Numbered from the stretch's first letter, positions 39,681-49,678 are shown. The stretch is DNA of 64,000 nt from an uncultured Thermodesulfobacteriota bacterium (GCA_964567185.1 CAZMKZ010000002.1:4466-68465), one strand, 5' to 3'. A program made the numbers and translations. Notes: a model not told the origin generated them from the sequence alone.

Positions 39681-42188
39681 TTATCTTCTGAAGCCGTTTT
39701 CCATAAGACGCCACGACCTGTTGGGACGCTTCCCGGCAGGCGCCACAAAGGCCGTCAGATTGAAGTTAAAACTTGCCGAGTTCATGACACTGGGGTAGGG
39801 AGACCCGATGAAGGCGTTAAAGGTATAGGACCCTACCGGGGCTGTAAGGGGCACGGCCTGGGTAAGATGGGCCGACCTGGTGGCATTGGCGTTAAGACAC
39901 ACGTTCATGGGGCCGAAAAGAGCGCCGCCTGGAGGATAAGTCCCGCCGCCGGGAAGCGTAACTGTCTCCCAGAAGTCAACGCACTGCTTGGCGGCCGTGG
40001 TATTTACCGCCGTCACCGTATAGCCGAGGCTCCCGCCCTGGGCTACGGTGGTGGCGTCAGGGGTTATACTCAGTGTAACGGGAGACCCCGCGCCATCGCT
40101 TATCTTCGCAACAAAAACATCGTTAAGCCCGGCGTTAGTCCCCTGAATAGGGTTAACCACGGGGAAATTAGTGGAATCAGCCCCGCCCACCACATGGATG
40201 GCTCCGGAGCCGTCAATGGCTACGCCCCTTGCCGTGTCGTTACCGAACCCGCCAAGATAGGTGGAGTAGATAATGCTTGTGCCCGTGGAGTTAATCTTTG
40301 CTATAAAGGCGTCCCTTATGCCTCCGAAGGTCCCCTGTATGGGATTGACCATGGGAAAATTAAATGACCATGTGTGACCCGCCACGTAGACGTTATCGGC
40401 GCTGTCAATGGCTATGTCCCTGCCGCTGTCGCTGTCGACGCCGCCAAGATAGGTGGAGTAGATTATACGCCTGCCCGGAGGGGCGATCTTAACCACAAAG
40501 GCATCCTGTATGCCGGCAAAGGCCCCCTGTATGGGATTGACCATGGGAAAATTAGTAGAGGTGGTCCAGCCCGTAACGTAGATACTGCCGTTGCTGTTAA
40601 GGGCTATGCCCTTACTCTTTTCAGTGGCCGCGCCCCCGATGTATGTGGAAAAAACAAGGGAATTGCCAGCGGGGGTCAGCTTGAAGAGAACAACGTCTTT
40701 TACGCCTCCGAAGGTCCCCTGAAGGGGGGTTACAAGTGGAAAATTAGAAGACCAGCTATGGCCCGTAACATAGGCGGCCCCCGTGGCGTCAATGGCTATG
40801 GCGCGGCCGCCGTCAATGTTGGTTCCGCCAAGGTATGTTGAATATACAATGGCCGATCCGGCCGAATTTAACTTTGTTACAAAGGCGTCCTGAAGGCCCG
40901 CCATGGCACCCTGCACAGGGGTGCGCACGGGAAAATTAAAGGAAGAGGTCCATCCCGTAAGGTATACGGCGCCTGCGCCGTCAAGGGCTATGTCTTTACT
41001 TTTGTCGTCGCCCGACCCACCGAGGTACGTTGAAAAAACAAGGGCGTTGCCGGCGGGGCTCAATTTGGCCACAAAACCATCTTTCAGACCACCTCCAAAG
41101 GTCCCCTGAAGGGCCTTTGCCACGGGGAAGTTAAAGGACTCCGTATCACCGGTGATATAGGCGGCCCCTGTGGAGTCGACGGCGATAGCCAGGCTGTCCT
41201 CGTCATTGGTGCCGCCGAGGTATGTGGAATAAACAACAGCCGTACCGGCCGCATTTATTTTTGTTACAAAGGCGTCGCCCGTAAGGAGCCCGCCCCTGTT
41301 GATACCCTGCACAGGAGTGACTTTGGGGAAATTAGTGGACAAGGTCCATCCCGTTATATAGACCGCCCCGGAGCCGTCGACGGCTATGTCACGGCCAAAA
41401 TCAGCGGCGCTTCCGCCAAGGTAGGTGGAGTAGTTAAGCACCGGGTCTATTACAAGGTCTTTATCCTTCTCATAGGAGCCCACGACAAAGCCGTAGGAGG
41501 CCCTACCGTCACTGCCGCTCTCTATAACCCTGTAGCCGCCCTGCACCTCCACCCTTTTTCCATCTATCTCCTGATAGATAACGGGTTTCTCCTCTACGAT
41601 AACGCCGTTGTCAAGGGCTACCTCAAGGCTGCCGGCTTTTGTTATATTGATAGCCTTCACGCCTTCATAAGAAAACCTTACATCCGCCGGGTCGCCGCCG
41701 GACTTTACGATGATGTCGTGCTCTATCTTACGGTTATTCCCGTAGAATTTTACGTCGATATTCCTGTATACGTCCCTGTAGACCACGGCTCCGTAAACCG
41801 GCACGTCGCTTTGCCAGTTTTTGGCGTCTTTGCCCGTAAAGTAATTTACCCTGGTCTTCAGAAGCCCCTCGGCGCTCAGGTCCATGTCTTTTGCGGCGCC
41901 TGCGAAAGAGAGCCTGACTGCCTTTACCTTCTTGTCCTTAACAAGGGATAAGACAACGCCCTTATCCGTAAAAAAGGTTGCATGCCTTGCGCCTTTCTCG
42001 TAAAACCTTACGGACTTATCGGTCTGACCCTCGTTTCTGACAAAGTAGAGCGGGAGCCTGCCGTAAGATTCCATGACCGCGGCCTTTTGCATGGCCGTGG
42101 CCTTCGGGGCCTCTGCCGCGTAACCCGTTAAAGGGAGTAAGACAAAAAACTGTAAAAGCAGTAAGATGAACAACCTCATGACGCACAC
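39681..42188 (-). CDS. Large secreted protein with about 11 tandem SBBP beta-propeller repeats
   Basis: N-terminal signal peptide. Repeated about 48-aa units of the form STYLGG..D.a..IAvD..G.aYvTG.T.S.NFP. A C-terminal non-repeat domain. Confidence 0.8.
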   Translation of the reverse strand: MCVMRLFILLLLQFFVLLPLTGYAAEAPKATAMQKAAVMESYGRLPLYFVRNEGQTDKSVRFYEKGARHATFFTDKGVVLSLVKDKKVKAVRLSFAGAAKDMDLSAEGLLKTRVNYFTGKDAKNWQSDVPVYGAVVYRDVYRNIDVKFYGNNRKIEHDIIVKSGGDPADVRFSYEGVKAINITKAGSLEVALDNGVIVEEKPVIYQEIDGKRVEVQGGYRVIESGSDGRASYGFVVGSYEKDKDLVIDPVLNYSTYLGGSAADFGRDIAVDGSGAVYITGWTLSTNFPKVTPVQGINRGGLLTGDAFVTKINAAGTAVVYSTYLGGTNDEDSLAIAVDSTGAAYITGDTESFNFPVAKALQGTFGGGLKDGFVAKLSPAGNALVFSTYLGGSGDDKSKDIALDGAGAVYLTGWTSSFNFPVRTPVQGAMAGLQDAFVTKLNSAGSAIVYSTYLGGTNIDGGRAIAIDATGAAYVTGHSWSSNFPLVTPLQGTFGGVKDVVLFKLTPAGNSLVFSTYIGGAATEKSKGIALNSNGSIYVTGWTTSTNFPMVNPIQGAFAGIQDAFVVKIAPPGRRIIYSTYLGGVDSDSGRDIAIDSADNVYVAGHTWSFNFPMVNPIQGTFGGIRDAFIAKINSTGTSIIYSTYLGGFGNDTARGVAIDGSGAIHVVGGADSTNFPVVNPIQGTNAGLNDVFVAKISDGAGSPVTLSITPDATTVAQGGSLGYTVTAVNTTAAKQCVDFWETVTLPGGGTYPPGGALFGPMNVCLNANATRSAHLTQAVPLTAPVGSYTFNAFIGSPYPSVMNSASFNFNLTAFVAPAGKRPNRSWRLMENGFRR

Positions 42189-42570
42189 TCCTCTTTCTTA
42201 AAGTATGTATAAACCGGCTTTGTTGTCTTTATTGCCGCAAATGACACTATCAGTTTAAATAACTTATTGCTAAACCATAAAAAAATAAGGACCCATGATT
42301 TATCAAGCCCTTTACCTGCATGTATAAATCTATCATACAGGTGAGGGTTCGTCAATCCCCCGAACGGGGGGGGAAGGACAAAAAAAATAAGGGACTCCTG
42401 TATTCTTACGGACAAAACTTGCTTTGTCTGTAACAGGAGATTTCCATGCTTGACAGAAGCATAGGCGGGTTATATCCTTATTTTATCGCTATTATCACGC
42501 TGAGTCCCCAAGCCTCGCCATGAGCGTAGGCAAGTTGACCGGATTAAACCATATTAAAGATTAAAAGACC

Positions 42571-43095
42571 ATGAGAAGAGATCTTACCCCGCTACTGAGC
42601 GCTCATGATATATCCGGCGTGGTAGAGGACCTCGCAGAGAAGATACGAGAGGACTACAACGGCAAGGTGCCCGTACTCATCGGCCTCCTCAAGGGGGCAT
42701 TCGTCTTCATGGCGGACCTTGCCAGGGCCCTTGATATGGACCTTGATGTAGAGTTCATACAGCCGTCATCGTACTCAAAGGGGAGGTCATCGGCTGAGGA
42801 AGTAGAGCTTGTGCACAGCCTGAAGGGTGATGTCAAGGGCAGGCACGTCCTTATTATCGATGGCATCGTAGACAGAGGCGCCACCTTGCGAAGGGTGGTT
42901 AAAGAGGTCTCGGCCCTGGGGCCGGCCTCCATAAGGGTGTGCAGTCTCCTTGTAAGAAAGGGAGTAGAGCACGGTGTTAAGGTAGACTACATGGGTCTGG
43001 CCATCCCCGCTGGTTTTGTCGTGGGCTACGGCATGGATTTCGGCGGAAGATACAGGCAGTTAAAGGGCATATACACTTTGCGGCAGGAGGACTAA
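42571..43095 (+). CDS. hpt: Hypoxanthine phosphoribosyltransferase
   Basis: PRPP-binding motif VLIIDGIVDRGATL. Confidence 0.9.
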   Translation: MRRDLTPLLSAHDISGVVEDLAEKIREDYNGKVPVLIGLLKGAFVFMADLARALDMDLDVEFIQPSSYSKGRSSAEEVELVHSLKGDVKGRHVLIIDGIVDRGATLRRVVKEVSALGPASIRVCSLLVRKGVEHGVKVDYMGLAIPAGFVVGYGMDFGGRYRQLKGIYTLRQED

Positions 43096-43101
43096 GGGGA
43101 T

Positions 43102-44718
43102 ATGGGCCTTGAGGGTCGTGTAGATGAGCTCCTGAAGCCAGAGGCCTACCCTGACGCCCCCGCAGGCGTAGACCTGCTCCAGACGCATATATCCTATCTC
43201 TTTCTCACCCCCTCATTTGTCTACAAGGTAAAAAAACCCGTAGACTTCGGCTTCCTTGACTTTACCACCCTTGAAAAGCGGCATCACTACTGCACAGAAG
43301 AGGTGCGCCTGAATAGAAGGCTCGCCCCTGACGTATACCTTGGCGTGGTGGAGATAAAAGAAGAGGGCGGCCGCCTCGCCATGGAGGGAAAAGAGGGGGT
43401 AACGATAGAGTACGCCGTAAAGATGCGCCGCCTTGACACGGATACCATCCTTGAGGAAAAGATAAGGCGGGGTTCCGCCTCCATAAAGGACGCCCGGAGG
43501 GTGGCCGAGGCCATAGCCCGTTTTCACGGGGGGGCCGAAAGGGGCCCTCATATCTCGGAGTTCGGGGCCCCGGAGATGATAGAAAAAAACATCAATGAGA
43601 ACTTTACACAGACAAGACCTTTTGCCGGCAATCTAATGAGCCGGGCCTCCTATGAGGCCATGAGGTCTTATGCGCTTGGGTTTATTGAAAAAAACAGGGA
43701 CCTTATCCTCGCACGCGTTGAAGGCGGCTTCATACGCGACTGTCACGGGGACATACACTCCGAGCATATATCCATTGATGGAGGCATAGAGATAATAGAC
43801 TGCATCGAGTTCAACGAACGCTTCCGCTACTGCGATACCATAAGCGACATGGCCTTTCTCTCCATGGACCTTGATTTTCATAACAGAGCCGACCTTGCCC
43901 GCGCCTTTGAGGCACGTTACCTTGAGGCCGCAGAAGACCATGCAGGAAGTGGGCTCATCAATTTTTACAAGTCTTACCGCGCCTATGTAAGGGGCAAGGT
44001 AGAGGGACTAAAGGCCGCCGAGACCGAGGTAGGCGAGGGGGAGCAGGAGGAGGCCCGCATAAAGGCGGCCCGTTACTTCGACCTTGCCCGCGCCTACGCG
44101 CAGGGCCGACCCCGCCCCCGGCTCATCGTCATATGCGGGCTCTCGGGCACGGGCAAATCCACACTTGCAAAAGAACTCGGACGCGTCCTCTGGACTGAGC
44201 CTCTGGCAACGGACATGATAAGAAGAGGGCCAGGAGCCCCAGCCGTGCCAGGCGGCCGGACTCCCTACGGAAAGGGACGCTACTCCCTTGAAGAGAGAAA
44301 AAAAACATACATAGAGCTTATCCGACGCGCCTGCGCTGATTATCTGCAAAAGGGGCGCACCGTAATACTTGACGGCACCTTCTCGAAAAACAGCTTTTTA
44401 AGGTCCGCAAAAAGCTCGGCCCTTGAGGCGGGATTGGCCCCGGAGGAGATCATCGTATTTGAATGCAGGGTGGATTTATCCATACTTGAAGAACGCGTCC
44501 GGAGCCGTGAGACCAGAGGCCCTGCCCCGGGGACGCCCCTCTCGGAGATGAGAATCGATATATTCAAGGCCCATGTAGAGGAATACGAAGAAAAACAAGG
44601 GGATATAATACCCGTTGATACGGCCTTGCCCGCAGAGGACAACCTGCCCGCCATGATAAAGGCCATAGTGGGGAAGGGAAAGAACATGGTGCCGGGGGGC
44701 GTGAAAAAATCCCTTTGA
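43102..44718 (+). CDS. Fused aminoglycoside-phosphotransferase-like kinase and P-loop (AAA_33/zeta-like) kinase
   Basis: The N-terminal half has a Brenner-type HGDIHSEHI catalytic loop. The C-terminal half has the P-loop ICGLSGTGKSTLAKELG. Confidence 0.7.
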   Translation: MGLEGRVDELLKPEAYPDAPAGVDLLQTHISYLFLTPSFVYKVKKPVDFGFLDFTTLEKRHHYCTEEVRLNRRLAPDVYLGVVEIKEEGGRLAMEGKEGVTIEYAVKMRRLDTDTILEEKIRRGSASIKDARRVAEAIARFHGGAERGPHISEFGAPEMIEKNINENFTQTRPFAGNLMSRASYEAMRSYALGFIEKNRDLILARVEGGFIRDCHGDIHSEHISIDGGIEIIDCIEFNERFRYCDTISDMAFLSMDLDFHNRADLARAFEARYLEAAEDHAGSGLINFYKSYRAYVRGKVEGLKAAETEVGEGEQEEARIKAARYFDLARAYAQGRPRPRLIVICGLSGTGKSTLAKELGRVLWTEPLATDMIRRGPGAPAVPGGRTPYGKGRYSLEERKKTYIELIRRACADYLQKGRTVILDGTFSKNSFLRSAKSSALEAGLAPEEIIVFECRVDLSILEERVRSRETRGPAPGTPLSEMRIDIFKAHVEEYEEKQGDIIPVDTALPAEDNLPAMIKAIVGKGKNMVPGGVKKSL

Positions 44719-44749
44719 GGACTCCACCTTATTATGATTTAATCTTATT

Positions 44750-45454
44750 ATGAAAGCACACTCCATAGTACTTCTAAGCGGCGGCCTTGACAGCACCGTC
44801 ACCGCGGCACTGGCCCTGCAGGAGGGCCCGGCGGCCTTTCTCCACGTGAACTACGGCCAGAGGACATGGGAAAGAGAAGAGCGGGCCTTCAACGAGATAG
44901 CCGATTACTACGGCATCCGTAAGAGGCTCACAGCTGACATTAGTTATCTCAAGGCCATAGGCGGCTCGGCCCTCATTGATACCTCCATTGAGGTCCCCGC
45001 TGGAGACCTCGCCAGAGAGGGTCTGCCCCTTACCTATGTGCCCTTCAGGAACGCCCATCTCCTCTCCATAGCCGTATCGTGGGCAGAGGTTACAGGGGCC
45101 GCTCATATATACATAGGCGCCGTGGAAGAGGACAGCTCCGGATACCCGGACTGCAGGGAAGGGTTTTTCAGGGCCTTTAACCACGTTATAGAGCTCGGCA
45201 CCGGCGCGGGGGCGGCGATTGAGATTAAGACGCCTCTCATACACAAAAACAAGTCCGAGATAGTACGGCTGGGGCTGGAGCTCAAGGCCCCGCTAAGGCT
45301 TACATGGTCCTGCTACAAGAATTCGGCAGAGGCCTGTGGAGAGTGCGACTCATGCCTGCTGAGGCTGCGGGGTTTCACGGAGGCCGGGGTGGCGGACCCC
45401 ATTCCATATGCCGCGCCCAAGGCCTTAATCAAAACATCGGGAGGTAACCTATGA
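44750..45454 (+). CDS. queC: 7-cyano-7-deazaguanine synthase
   Basis: [11 protein letters not shown]-loop and the C-terminal zinc Cys cluster (CGECDSC). Confidence 0.93.
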   Translation: MKAHSIVLLSGGLDSTVTAALALQEGPAAFLHVNYGQRTWEREERAFNEIADYYGIRKRLTADISYLKAIGGSALIDTSIEVPAGDLAREGLPLTYVPFRNAHLLSIAVSWAEVTGAAHIYIGAVEEDSSGYPDCREGFFRAFNHVIELGTGAGAAIEIKTPLIHKNKSEIVRLGLELKAPLRLTWSCYKNSAEACGECDSCLLRLRGFTEAGVADPIPYAAPKALIKTSGGNL

Positions 45455-45591
45455 CATTTATGGAATTTCTGAAGGTAAAAAAAGATATCGACCCGGAGGG
45501 TAAGAACCTCGCCGACCTCATGGACGATTATTACGAAGAGTATCAGGAATTTCTCATGGGCATAAAAGAGGGATGCGGCACTGATAAGTAA
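45451..45591 (+). CDS. Acidic 46-aa micro-protein translationally coupled to queC
   Basis: Its ATG overlaps the queC stop as ATGA. Translation [46 protein letters not shown]. Not in the supplied ORF track (below its length cutoff). Confidence 0.35.
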   Translation: MTFMEFLKVKKDIDPEGKNLADLMDDYYEEYQEFLMGIKEGCGTDK

Positions 45592-45667
45592 GGGGCCCGG
45601 AGGGGGAAAGGGCAATAGAAGGTTGCGATTATGATAGATAGAGATAAGGGGCGCCCTGGATAAGCAA

Positions 45668-45689
45668 AGGGCCTCTTTATAAAGAGGCC
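45668..45689. terminator. Bidirectional stem-loop between the convergent queC unit and slp
   Basis: gggcctcttt-at-aaagaggccc, a 10-bp perfect stem. The U-tract is weak on both strands. Confidence 0.45.
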
Positions 45690-45716
45690 CGCAACTGCAA
45701 CCGGGAGGCCCTCGGC

Positions 45717-46307
45717 CTAATAGCCATGGCCGTAAAAGCCGCGGCCATAAAAGCCATAGGGGTAATAAGGCGTATAGGGGCCATAATAATAGGGCGAACC
45801 TCCGTAATAGGGGCCGCCGTAGTATGGGCCATAGTACGGGCCGTAACCATAGGGGGAGTTATAGTTATAATCCTCTGTGTAAGGCTCCGAGACCTTTAGC
45901 TCTATGGGGGTTATCACGGGATAGGCGTAATCCATCTTACCTATCTTTCTTACGCTGACGCCCTGAACGACACCGGCCACGGTAAGGCCCTTGCCCTCTT
46001 TATATACGGCGGCATCAAGAAAACCGCTTACCCTTACGATGAACCTGCCCCGTGATTTACCATCCGTGGGCACATCATTGTAGGCAAGTGCAGTCTCAAG
46101 GACCTCTATCTCCGTTACGGTCTCAAGGTTAGTCGTACTCACTATGAGGCCGCCCCAGAGGACCCTTTTATCTTTAAAGGCCTCTGGTTTTGCCTGCACA
46201 AGCTCAAGCGTGAGCCCCCTGTCCACTTCTTTCAGGACGTTACTGGACATTATGGAGGCGCAACCGGATAAGAGAGCTATCATTACCAGGAGAAGAATCT
46301 TTCTCAT
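45717..46307 (-). CDS. slp: Slp-family outer-membrane lipoprotein with a C-terminal Tyr/Gly/Pro-rich tail
   Basis: Lipobox LLSGC. The core aligns with E. coli Slp (RFGGKV.., QSGFLDP..). The about 45-aa tail is YGYGPYYGPYYGGPYYGGSPYYYGPYTPYYPYGFYGRGFYGHGY. Confidence 0.8.
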   Translation of the reverse strand: MRKILLLVMIALLSGCASIMSSNVLKEVDRGLTLELVQAKPEAFKDKRVLWGGLIVSTTNLETVTEIEVLETALAYNDVPTDGKSRGRFIVRVSGFLDAAVYKEGKGLTVAGVVQGVSVRKIGKMDYAYPVITPIELKVSEPYTEDYNYNSPYGYGPYYGPYYGGPYYGGSPYYYGPYTPYYPYGFYGRGFYGHGY

Positions 46308-46334
46308 ACCTTAATCTTAATACATAAGAGGAAT

Positions 46335-47501
46335 TTGTCAACGTTGAAAATAAAAGGATACATCGAAAGAGAGGCCGAGACGCTGGCGCCCTACGCCGCC
46401 AAGAGCGCAGGCTCAAGGGGCCGTGTCCACCCTGAAAAGGAGCACCCTTTCAGGAGCCCCTTTCAGCGCGACAGGGACCGCGTAATCCACTGTCACGCCT
46501 TCAGAAGGCTTGAGTACAAGACACAGGTCTTTGTCTACCACGAGGGCGACCATTACAGGACACGTCTTACCCACTCCATTGAGGTGGCGCAGATTTCAAG
46601 GACCATAGCCCGTGCCCTCGGTCTTAACGAGGACCTCTCCGAGGCCATCGCCCTTGCCCACGACCTCGGGCACCCGCCCTTCGGCCATTCCGGCGAAAAG
46701 GTCCTTAACAGGCTCATGAAGGACGCGGGGGGCTTTGAGCACAACGCCCACAGCCTGAGGCTTGTAGACGAGCTTGAGAAGAGATACCCCGGCTTTAACG
46801 GCCTCAACCTCACATGGGAGACAAGGGACGGCATTGCCAAACACTCCACGGAGCACGATACGCAGCTGCCCGGAAGAGACCTTGACGACGGCCTCTCCGC
46901 CTGCCTTGAGGCGCAGATAGTGGACCTTGCCGATGAGATTGCCTACAACAACCACGACATAGACGACGGGCTGAGCTCAAGGATGCTCGACCCCCTTACC
47001 CTGAACGGGCTGGAGATATGGCGGACCAACATGGAGAAGGTCCGCGCGCGTGGAGAGACAGTTGATGAAAAAATACTTACCTACCAGACCATCATAGGGA
47101 TTATAAACGCCCAAGTCACAGACCTTGTGAGCCTTGTGAGCACCCGGATAAGAGAAGAAGAGATAGTCTCCCTTGAGGATGTGCGGAGACGAAAGGGGCC
47201 CATCGCGGGGTTCAGCCCGGAGATGGCCCGCATGAACAGGGAGCTCAAGGCCTTTCTGATGAAAAACCTCTATCACCACTACCGTGTCATCAGGATGGCG
47301 GACAAGGCGGAGAGGATAATATCCGAGCTTTTCGGCGCCTACGCAAGGGAGCCCAAACTCCTTCCGCCCGGCAACTACACACGCATTGAGAGCAAAAAGG
47401 ACCCCGCAAAGCGGGTAATATGCGATTACATCGCCGGCATGACGGACAGGTTCGCCTTAAAGGAATACAGAAGACTTTTCGACCCCTTTGAGAAGGTCTG
47501 A
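46335..47501 (+). CDS. dGTP triphosphohydrolase-like HD-domain protein
   Basis: HD motif (HSIEVAQISR...HDLGHPPFGH), dgt family. Confidence 0.85.
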   Translation: MSTLKIKGYIEREAETLAPYAAKSAGSRGRVHPEKEHPFRSPFQRDRDRVIHCHAFRRLEYKTQVFVYHEGDHYRTRLTHSIEVAQISRTIARALGLNEDLSEAIALAHDLGHPPFGHSGEKVLNRLMKDAGGFEHNAHSLRLVDELEKRYPGFNGLNLTWETRDGIAKHSTEHDTQLPGRDLDDGLSACLEAQIVDLADEIAYNNHDIDDGLSSRMLDPLTLNGLEIWRTNMEKVRARGETVDEKILTYQTIIGIINAQVTDLVSLVSTRIREEEIVSLEDVRRRKGPIAGFSPEMARMNRELKAFLMKNLYHHYRVIRMADKAERIISELFGAYAREPKLLPPGNYTRIESKKDPAKRVICDYIAGMTDRFALKEYRRLFDPFEKV

Positions 47502-47622
47502 GCTTGACAGGCGGCCTATGGCCGTGCCTTCCCCGCGCCGGGCCTCACAGAGAAGGTGCGGAACCTGCGTAAAAAGACCCCTCTTTCAGAAGATAGCCCA
47601 ACCCAAAGGGCATAGAGCGGCC

Positions 47623-47650
47623 TTGACATAAATCGACGAGGGGTTATACT
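47623..47650 (+). promoter_or_regulatory. sigma70-like promoter for the DUF948-YtxH pair
   Basis: TTGACA, a 16-nt spacer, TATACT. A good SD lies 20 nt before the ATG at 47673. Confidence 0.5.
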
Positions 47651-47672
47651 GGAATGTAATAGAGGGGGTGAT

Positions 47673-48083
47673 ATGATTACAGCCAATATCTACGAAATCG
47701 TTGCCGTTATTCTCGCCCTCGCCTTCCTTATACTCATAATTTTCGCCATACCCGTCCTGCTTCAGATAAAAAAAACAGTACGCTCCGTCGAGGAGCTCTC
47801 CATTGAGAGCAAAAAGTCTCTTGAGACCTTCAATGGTCTCATGAAAAAAACCGGAGACACGGCGGGCGAGCTTGATAGGCTCGTCAAGAGGCTTAAAGAC
47901 CTTTCCGCCTCTTTTACCGGCATGAGCGAACTCATCAGCGGAAATCTCAAGAGCACCCTTATAACCCTTCTGAGCCTGATCATAGGGCTGCAGTACGGGT
48001 TGAAGTATTTCATCAACAGCTCTACCGCGGAAACGAAAGCAGAAGAAAAAAAAGGAGGAGATGATGTCAAAGGGCAAGAGTAA
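47673..48083 (+). CDS. DUF948-family membrane protein
   Basis: N-terminal TM helix plus a coiled-coil region. Typically paired with a YtxH protein. Confidence 0.65.
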   Translation: MITANIYEIVAVILALAFLILIIFAIPVLLQIKKTVRSVEELSIESKKSLETFNGLMKKTGDTAGELDRLVKRLKDLSASFTGMSELISGNLKSTLITLLSLIIGLQYGLKYFINSSTAETKAEEKKGGDDVKGQE

Positions 48084-48372
48084 TACTCTGCTGGCCTTCC
48101 TCTTGGGAGGTGTGGCCGGAGCGGCCATCGCCCTTCTCTGGGCCCCGGCCACGGGAGTGGAGACGAGGAAGAAGATTCGTGACGGCATGGACGATGCCGG
48201 CGACTGGACAAAAGACCGGTTTGAGAACGCGAAGGATAGCCTTGACTCGGGCGCGGAAAAGATACGGGATATCATGGAGGATAAAAAGGACGATCTGCGC
48301 GCGGCCTTTGACGCCGGCAGGGACGCCTTTCAGAAACGAAGAGAGAGTTTTTTGAAGAAAAAAGAGGGCTGA
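48061..48372 (+). CDS. YtxH-domain protein
   Basis: LLAFLLGGVAGAAIALLWAP followed by a charged helical region. It overlaps the DUF948 gene. Confidence 0.7.
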   Translation: MMSKGKSNTLLAFLLGGVAGAAIALLWAPATGVETRKKIRDGMDDAGDWTKDRFENAKDSLDSGAEKIRDIMEDKKDDLRAAFDAGRDAFQKRRESFLKKKEG

Positions 48373-48527
48373 GCCGTAGGCAAAGATATCCTCTCTTCCT
48401 TGCCTGCGGCCTCTGTCCATGAAAGTACGCAACGACTGGCCTGTCTCGCGCCTTGCTTTAAATGCCTGCTTTTTCCCGGCCCTTTTTTCATCAAGGCCTG
48501 CCCTGAACAGAAAGGGGGTGCCTCTTA

Positions 48528-49556
48528 GTGACGAAAAAAACCCGGCTTAAGGCCGGAAAACTGCCTTCCCCTGTACTTGAAAGACTCCTTAAAAAATACA
48601 CATCCGGCTCCGGAAGCCGCGGCGTAGTCGTGGGACCGGGCATCGGCATTGACGCCGCTGTCATCGATTTTACCGTCGGCTATCTACTTGCAAAGACAGA
48701 CCCCGTCACGCTAACCGCCGATAGCGCCGGACTCTATGCCATACATGTAAACGCCAACGACATCGCCGTCATGGGAGGGGTGCCGAGGTGGTTTCTCGCC
48801 ACCATACTCCTGCCCGAAGACGGGGCGGAAGAGGCCGATGCTGAGCGTATATTTTCGGACCTCAAGAAGGCCTGCGACGACCTTGGCGTAAGCCTCTGCG
48901 GCGGGCACACAGAGATAACGCCTGTGGTAAAGGCCCCGGTCATCGTGGGGCAGATGCTTGGCGAGGTGGCAAAAGACGGCCTTATCACCTCGACAGGGGC
49001 TTGTGGCAAAGATGTGCTCATATTAACAGAGGGCATCGCCATTGAGGGCACCAGCATCATAGCGAGGACCCTGGGGCCGGGGCTTATTAAAAAAGGCGCA
49101 TTCACGAAGACCTTTATCACAAGGTGCTCCAATCTACTTTCAAGGCCCGGCATCAGCGTCTTGAGGGCCGCGAGGATAGCCTCAGCCACGGGCCGTGTTC
49201 ACGCCATGCACGACCCCACGGAAGGCGGGCTCGCCGCGGCCATACACGAGATGGCCGCGGCCTCAAAGCACGGTATTATCATCGAGAGAGAGGCCATACC
49301 AATCCTGCCTGCCACAAAGAGGCTCTGCGATCACTTCGGTATCGACGCCATGGGGCTAATCGCCTCCGGCGCGCTACTCATATCGGCCGCCCCGAAGGGG
49401 GCCGAAGAAATTATAAAGGAGCTTACCCGCGCAGGCATACCCGCAGTGGCCATAGGCCGTATAGAGGACAAAAAAAGCGGCGTAAGAATACGCTCACATG
49501 GTGTGAGCGCGCCCCTGCCCCTGCCGGAAAGGGACGAGATTACAAAGATACTGTAA
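48528..49556 (+). CDS. AIR synthase-related protein (PurM-like superfamily)
   Basis: GIGIDAAV N-domain motif and a PurM-like C-domain. 342 aa. It lacks HypE or ThiL signatures. Confidence 0.7.
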   Translation: MTKKTRLKAGKLPSPVLERLLKKYTSGSGSRGVVVGPGIGIDAAVIDFTVGYLLAKTDPVTLTADSAGLYAIHVNANDIAVMGGVPRWFLATILLPEDGAEEADAERIFSDLKKACDDLGVSLCGGHTEITPVVKAPVIVGQMLGEVAKDGLITSTGACGKDVLILTEGIAIEGTSIIARTLGPGLIKKGAFTKTFITRCSNLLSRPGISVLRAARIASATGRVHAMHDPTEGGLAAAIHEMAAASKHGIIIEREAIPILPATKRLCDHFGIDAMGLIASGALLISAAPKGAEEIIKELTRAGIPAVAIGRIEDKKSGVRIRSHGVSAPLPLPERDEITKIL

Positions 49557-49599
49557 GCCCCCCGTGCCATGAGGGGGCCTATCAAAGACAAGAGCACAG

Positions 49600-49608
49600 T
49601 GGTATAAT
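49600..49608 (+). promoter_or_regulatory. Extended -10 promoter (TGgTATAAT) for the zinc-ribbon/radical SAM operon
   Basis: TG at 49600-49601 then TATAAT at 49603-49608. A strong SD (AAAGGAGG) precedes the ATG at 49679. Confidence 0.5.
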
Positions 49609-49678
49609 AAGGTATAGGTTAGAGGGTGTAAGTACATATTAACTACCGGGCAATCCTGCCCCGGGAAAGGAGGCACAT

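Noticed and set aside
42340-42380. tRNA-like T-arm sequence GGGTTCGTCAATCCC in the hpt upstream region
   Set aside because: The loop is 9 nt rather than 7. I found no D-arm or anticodon arm, and no acceptor stem or CCA end. It is more likely a small hairpin than a tRNA or tRNA remnant.
42450-42476. TTGACA-N15-TATATC possible hpt promoter
   Set aside because: The spacer is only 15 nt and the -10 is weak. It is plausible but not supportable enough to list as a feature.
48373-48527. Imperfect 10-bp inverted repeat after the YtxH gene
   Set aside because: It has one mismatch, a long loop and no U-tract. It is not convincing as a terminator or operator.
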